DNA of 64,000 nucleotides from a plasmid: sequence record NZ_CP086424.1; one strand, 5' to 3'. Shown piece by piece: positions 61,923 to 64,000 of this stretch (position 1 is its first letter; each line of letters starts with the position of its first letter). The notes under the pieces were generated by a model. It saw only the letters and a program-made list of their open reading frames with translations, ran no database searches and was not told where the DNA came from. The position numbers and the translations under genes were made by a program.

Positions 61923-62267
61923 ATGACTACTCTTGCCAGCTTTGCGAATCCGATTTCTGTTATTCAACGCTCACCAACCAGTGGGGTGTTTGGCACAAAT
62001 CAGTTCGTAGGAGACAAAGAGGGATTTGTACAAAAGGTGCTCGGAAAGTGGTACTGCAATCCAGGGAATACCATTCCCGTTGAGAGCATGTCCCACCTTG
62101 AGCAGGCGGAGAAACTGTATGACTTCTATGTCAAGTATCTCCAAGTGAAAGAAAAGATCTCTGTGAACCTTGGCCGGGTGCTGCATAAGCTGTACAGCAC
62201 TGGTTCTATCAAGGAAGCAGAGATCGTGCTTGAAGCAATAAAGGCTCAGGCTGGCGTAACAGCTTGA
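61923..62267 (+). CDS. Hypothetical protein
   Basis: 114 aa. Confidence 0.45.
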   Translation: MTTLASFANPISVIQRSPTSGVFGTNQFVGDKEGFVQKVLGKWYCNPGNTIPVESMSHLEQAEKLYDFYVKYLQVKEKISVNLGRVLHKLYSTGSIKEAEIVLEAIKAQAGVTA

Positions 62268-62344
62268 GCAATCTACTAACCCTAAACCGGGTGCATCCGC
62301 CCGGTTCGGGACGTGGTGCGCCCCCAAACTATTTGGAGTGCATC

Positions 62345-62647
62345 ATGGAAAAACATAACCTCAAATCCGGATTCAGCATCTATTTCGCTGACGTCCATTT
62401 CGAGAAACAAGTCTACGCATTCGGCTCAGGACTTGGCTTCACCTCTGTGATTTACGCCTACTCGCTGGGCCGAGATCCGGAAGAAGCTGAGAAGCTGGCG
62501 CTTGAAAAGTACGACTCTGACGAAACGAAGGTGAAGAAGGTGCATGTCAATCTGGCTCGCAGCCAGGACATCAACCGCTACACCTTCCCTGAACAAATGG
62601 CTGGCTTTGCTAATGCCATTCAGTCTCACGGCATCGCTGTGAACTGA
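62345..62647 (+). CDS. Hypothetical protein
   Basis: 100 aa, TGGAG Shine-Dalgarno. Confidence 0.45.
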   Translation: MEKHNLKSGFSIYFADVHFEKQVYAFGSGLGFTSVIYAYSLGRDPEEAEKLALEKYDSDETKVKKVHVNLARSQDINRYTFPEQMAGFANAIQSHGIAVN

Positions 62648-62724
62648 GAACCACTTTAAACCCATCGGGGCCATTACTTCCCGATTGGGACGGTAGTGGC
62701 CTCTCAACCGAAAGGAGAGAGCTC

Positions 62725-64000
62725 ATGGCTACTATCGTAAACACCAAGTTAGGAGAACATCGAGGCAAGAAGCGCGTCTGGCTGGAAGGCCAAAAGCTAC
62801 TGCGTGAAGGTTACTATCCTGGCATGAAGTATGATCTGGAGCTGAAAGATTCCCAGGTTGTGCTTCGCGTCAAAGAGGAGGGTAAGTTCACCATCAGTAA
62901 GCGTGAGCGCAATGGCCGGGTGTCTCCAATCATCGATCTGACCGTGCAGGAGCTTGCTACCGTTTTTGACGGTGTAGAGATGCTCCGCGTGTTCATCCGT
63001 AACGGCGCAATTGTGATCTCTGCTCACCATCAACAAGAGCGAGTGATCGAGCGCGTCAACCGGCTTATCAGTAAGCTGGAGAATGGAGAATCGCTTTCGG
63101 TATGCAGCCTCTTTCATGGGGGTGGTGTGCTTGATAAAGCGATTCACGCCGGTTTTCACAAGGCGGGAATTGCCAGTGCCATATCTGTGGCCGTGGAGAT
63201 GGAAGGGAAATATCTCGATTCGTCTTTGGCAAATAACCCGGAGCTTTGGAACGAAGATTCTATTGTTATCGAATCGCCAATCCAGGCTGTGAATCTCAGC
63301 AAACGCCCACCACAGGTGGATGTTTTGATGGGGGGCATACCGTGTACCGGCGCGTCAAAGTCAGGTCGCAGTAAGAACAAGTTGGAGTTTGCCGAATCGC
63401 ATGAGGCGGCAGGTGCCATGTTCTTCAACTTCCTGCAATTCGTAGAAGCGCTAAACCCAGCCGTTGTGCTGATTGAGAACGTGCCTGAGTACCAGAACAC
63501 CGCTTCGATGGAAGTGATTCGTTCGGTGCTCTCTTCGTTGGGTTACTCCCTACAAGAGCGCATTCTCGACGGCAATGAGTTTGGGGTTATTGAGCGCCGC
63601 AAGCGTCTTTGTGTTGTTGCGCTTTCCCACGGGATCGACGGGTTTGAACTTGAGAAGGTTCAGCCTGTTCGCACCAAGGAAAGTCGCATACAGGACATCC
63701 TGGAGCCAGTTCCGCTCGATTCTGAACGTTGGAAGTCATTTGACTATCTGGCTGAGAAGGAGTTGAGAGACAAAGCTGCTGGCAAGGGGTTCTCTCGCCA
63801 GCTTCTGACTGGCGACGATGAGTTTTGCGGCACCATAGGTAAGGACTATGCAAAATGCAGAAGTACCGAACCTTTCATTGTTCATCCAGAACAGCCGGAG
63901 TTGTCTCGCATCTTTACACCGACAGAACATTGTCGAGTGAAAGGGATACCAGAGGAACTCATCCAAGGTCTGTCGGACACTATTGCCCACCAGATTCTCG
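62725..64000 (+). CDS. dcm: C5-cytosine DNA methyltransferase with an N-terminal DNA-binding-like domain; 3' end truncated by the window edge
   Basis: Not in the ORF track because it has no stop inside the window. Motif I LFHGGGVLD, motif IV GGIPCTG, ENV (VLIENVPEY). AGGAGAGAG Shine-Dalgarno. Confidence 0.8.
   Translation, partial: MATIVNTKLGEHRGKKRVWLEGQKLLREGYYPGMKYDLELKDSQVVLRVKEEGKFTISKRERNGRVSPIIDLTVQELATVFDGVEMLRVFIRNGAIVISAHHQQERVIERVNRLISKLENGESLSVCSLFHGGGVLDKAIHAGFHKAGIASAISVAVEMEGKYLDSSLANNPELWNEDSIVIESPIQAVNLSKRPPQVDVLMGGIPCTGASKSGRSKNKLEFAESHEAAGAMFFNFLQFVEALNPAVVLIENVPEYQNTASMEVIRSVLSSLGYSLQERILDGNEFGVIERRKRLCVVALSHGIDGFELEKVQPVRTKESRIQDILEPVPLDSERWKSFDYLAEKELRDKAAGKGFSRQLLTGDDEFCGTIGKDYAKCRSTEPFIVHPEQPELSRIFTPTEHCRVKGIPEELIQGLSDTIAHQIL

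Overview
This window is a segment of a conjugative plasmid backbone of the IncA/C (IncC) / SXT-R391 type, meaning a MOBH relaxase with an H/F-like type IV secretion system. Almost all genes read on the + strand.

Gene order:
- parA, parB and a small 053-like gene.
- A roughly 6 kb accessory operon (3.5–9.5 kb) containing small Cys-rich proteins, a degenerate Dcm-like paralog, a P-loop protein and an ASCH protein.
- A minus-strand operon: lipoprotein, 77-aa ORF, topoisomerase III (topB), secreted protein.
- traI (HD-domain MobH relaxase), traD and a traJ-like gene.
- traL-E-K-B-V-A.
- A complete ISEcp1–blaCMY-2–blc–sugE–ΔecnR transposition unit at 25825–30303, flanked by a 5-bp ATTTC direct repeat.
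- A 1828-aa secreted protein, then dsbC, traC, trhF, traW, an EAL-domain gene, traU and traN.
- A 15 kb island (47.7–62.7 kb) of about 25 small co-oriented genes: CobS-like AAA ATPase, ssb, bet (RecT-like), exo (YqaJ-like), a vWA/CobT-like protein, an orphan amino-methyltransferase and a 2Fe-2S ferredoxin.
- A C5-cytosine methyltransferase (dcm) truncated by the window end.

Non-coding signals read directly from the sequence:
- A 25-bp box, TGCCCAAAATGGGC-N-GTAACAGCG-like, occurs seven times about 90 bp upstream of co-directional transfer or accessory operons. I interpret it as the AcaCD/SetCD-type activator box.
- A perfect 16-bp palindrome, CTTTCACATGTGAAAG, occurs four times.
- A five-copy promoter-like core of about 33 bp sits about 100 bp upstream of five sub-operons of the island.
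- A family of at least 17 GC-rich hairpin elements (TAACCC – G-run/C-run hairpin – CATGGTGCGCCCC) fills almost every intergenic gap of the island.
- Several unrelated island proteins end in acidic–aromatic tips that resemble the SSB C-terminus.
- The plasmid SSB itself carries a 9-residue extension past DDDIPF.

No CRISPR array, rRNA or tRNA was seen. Hand-derived coordinates may be off by 1–2 bp.
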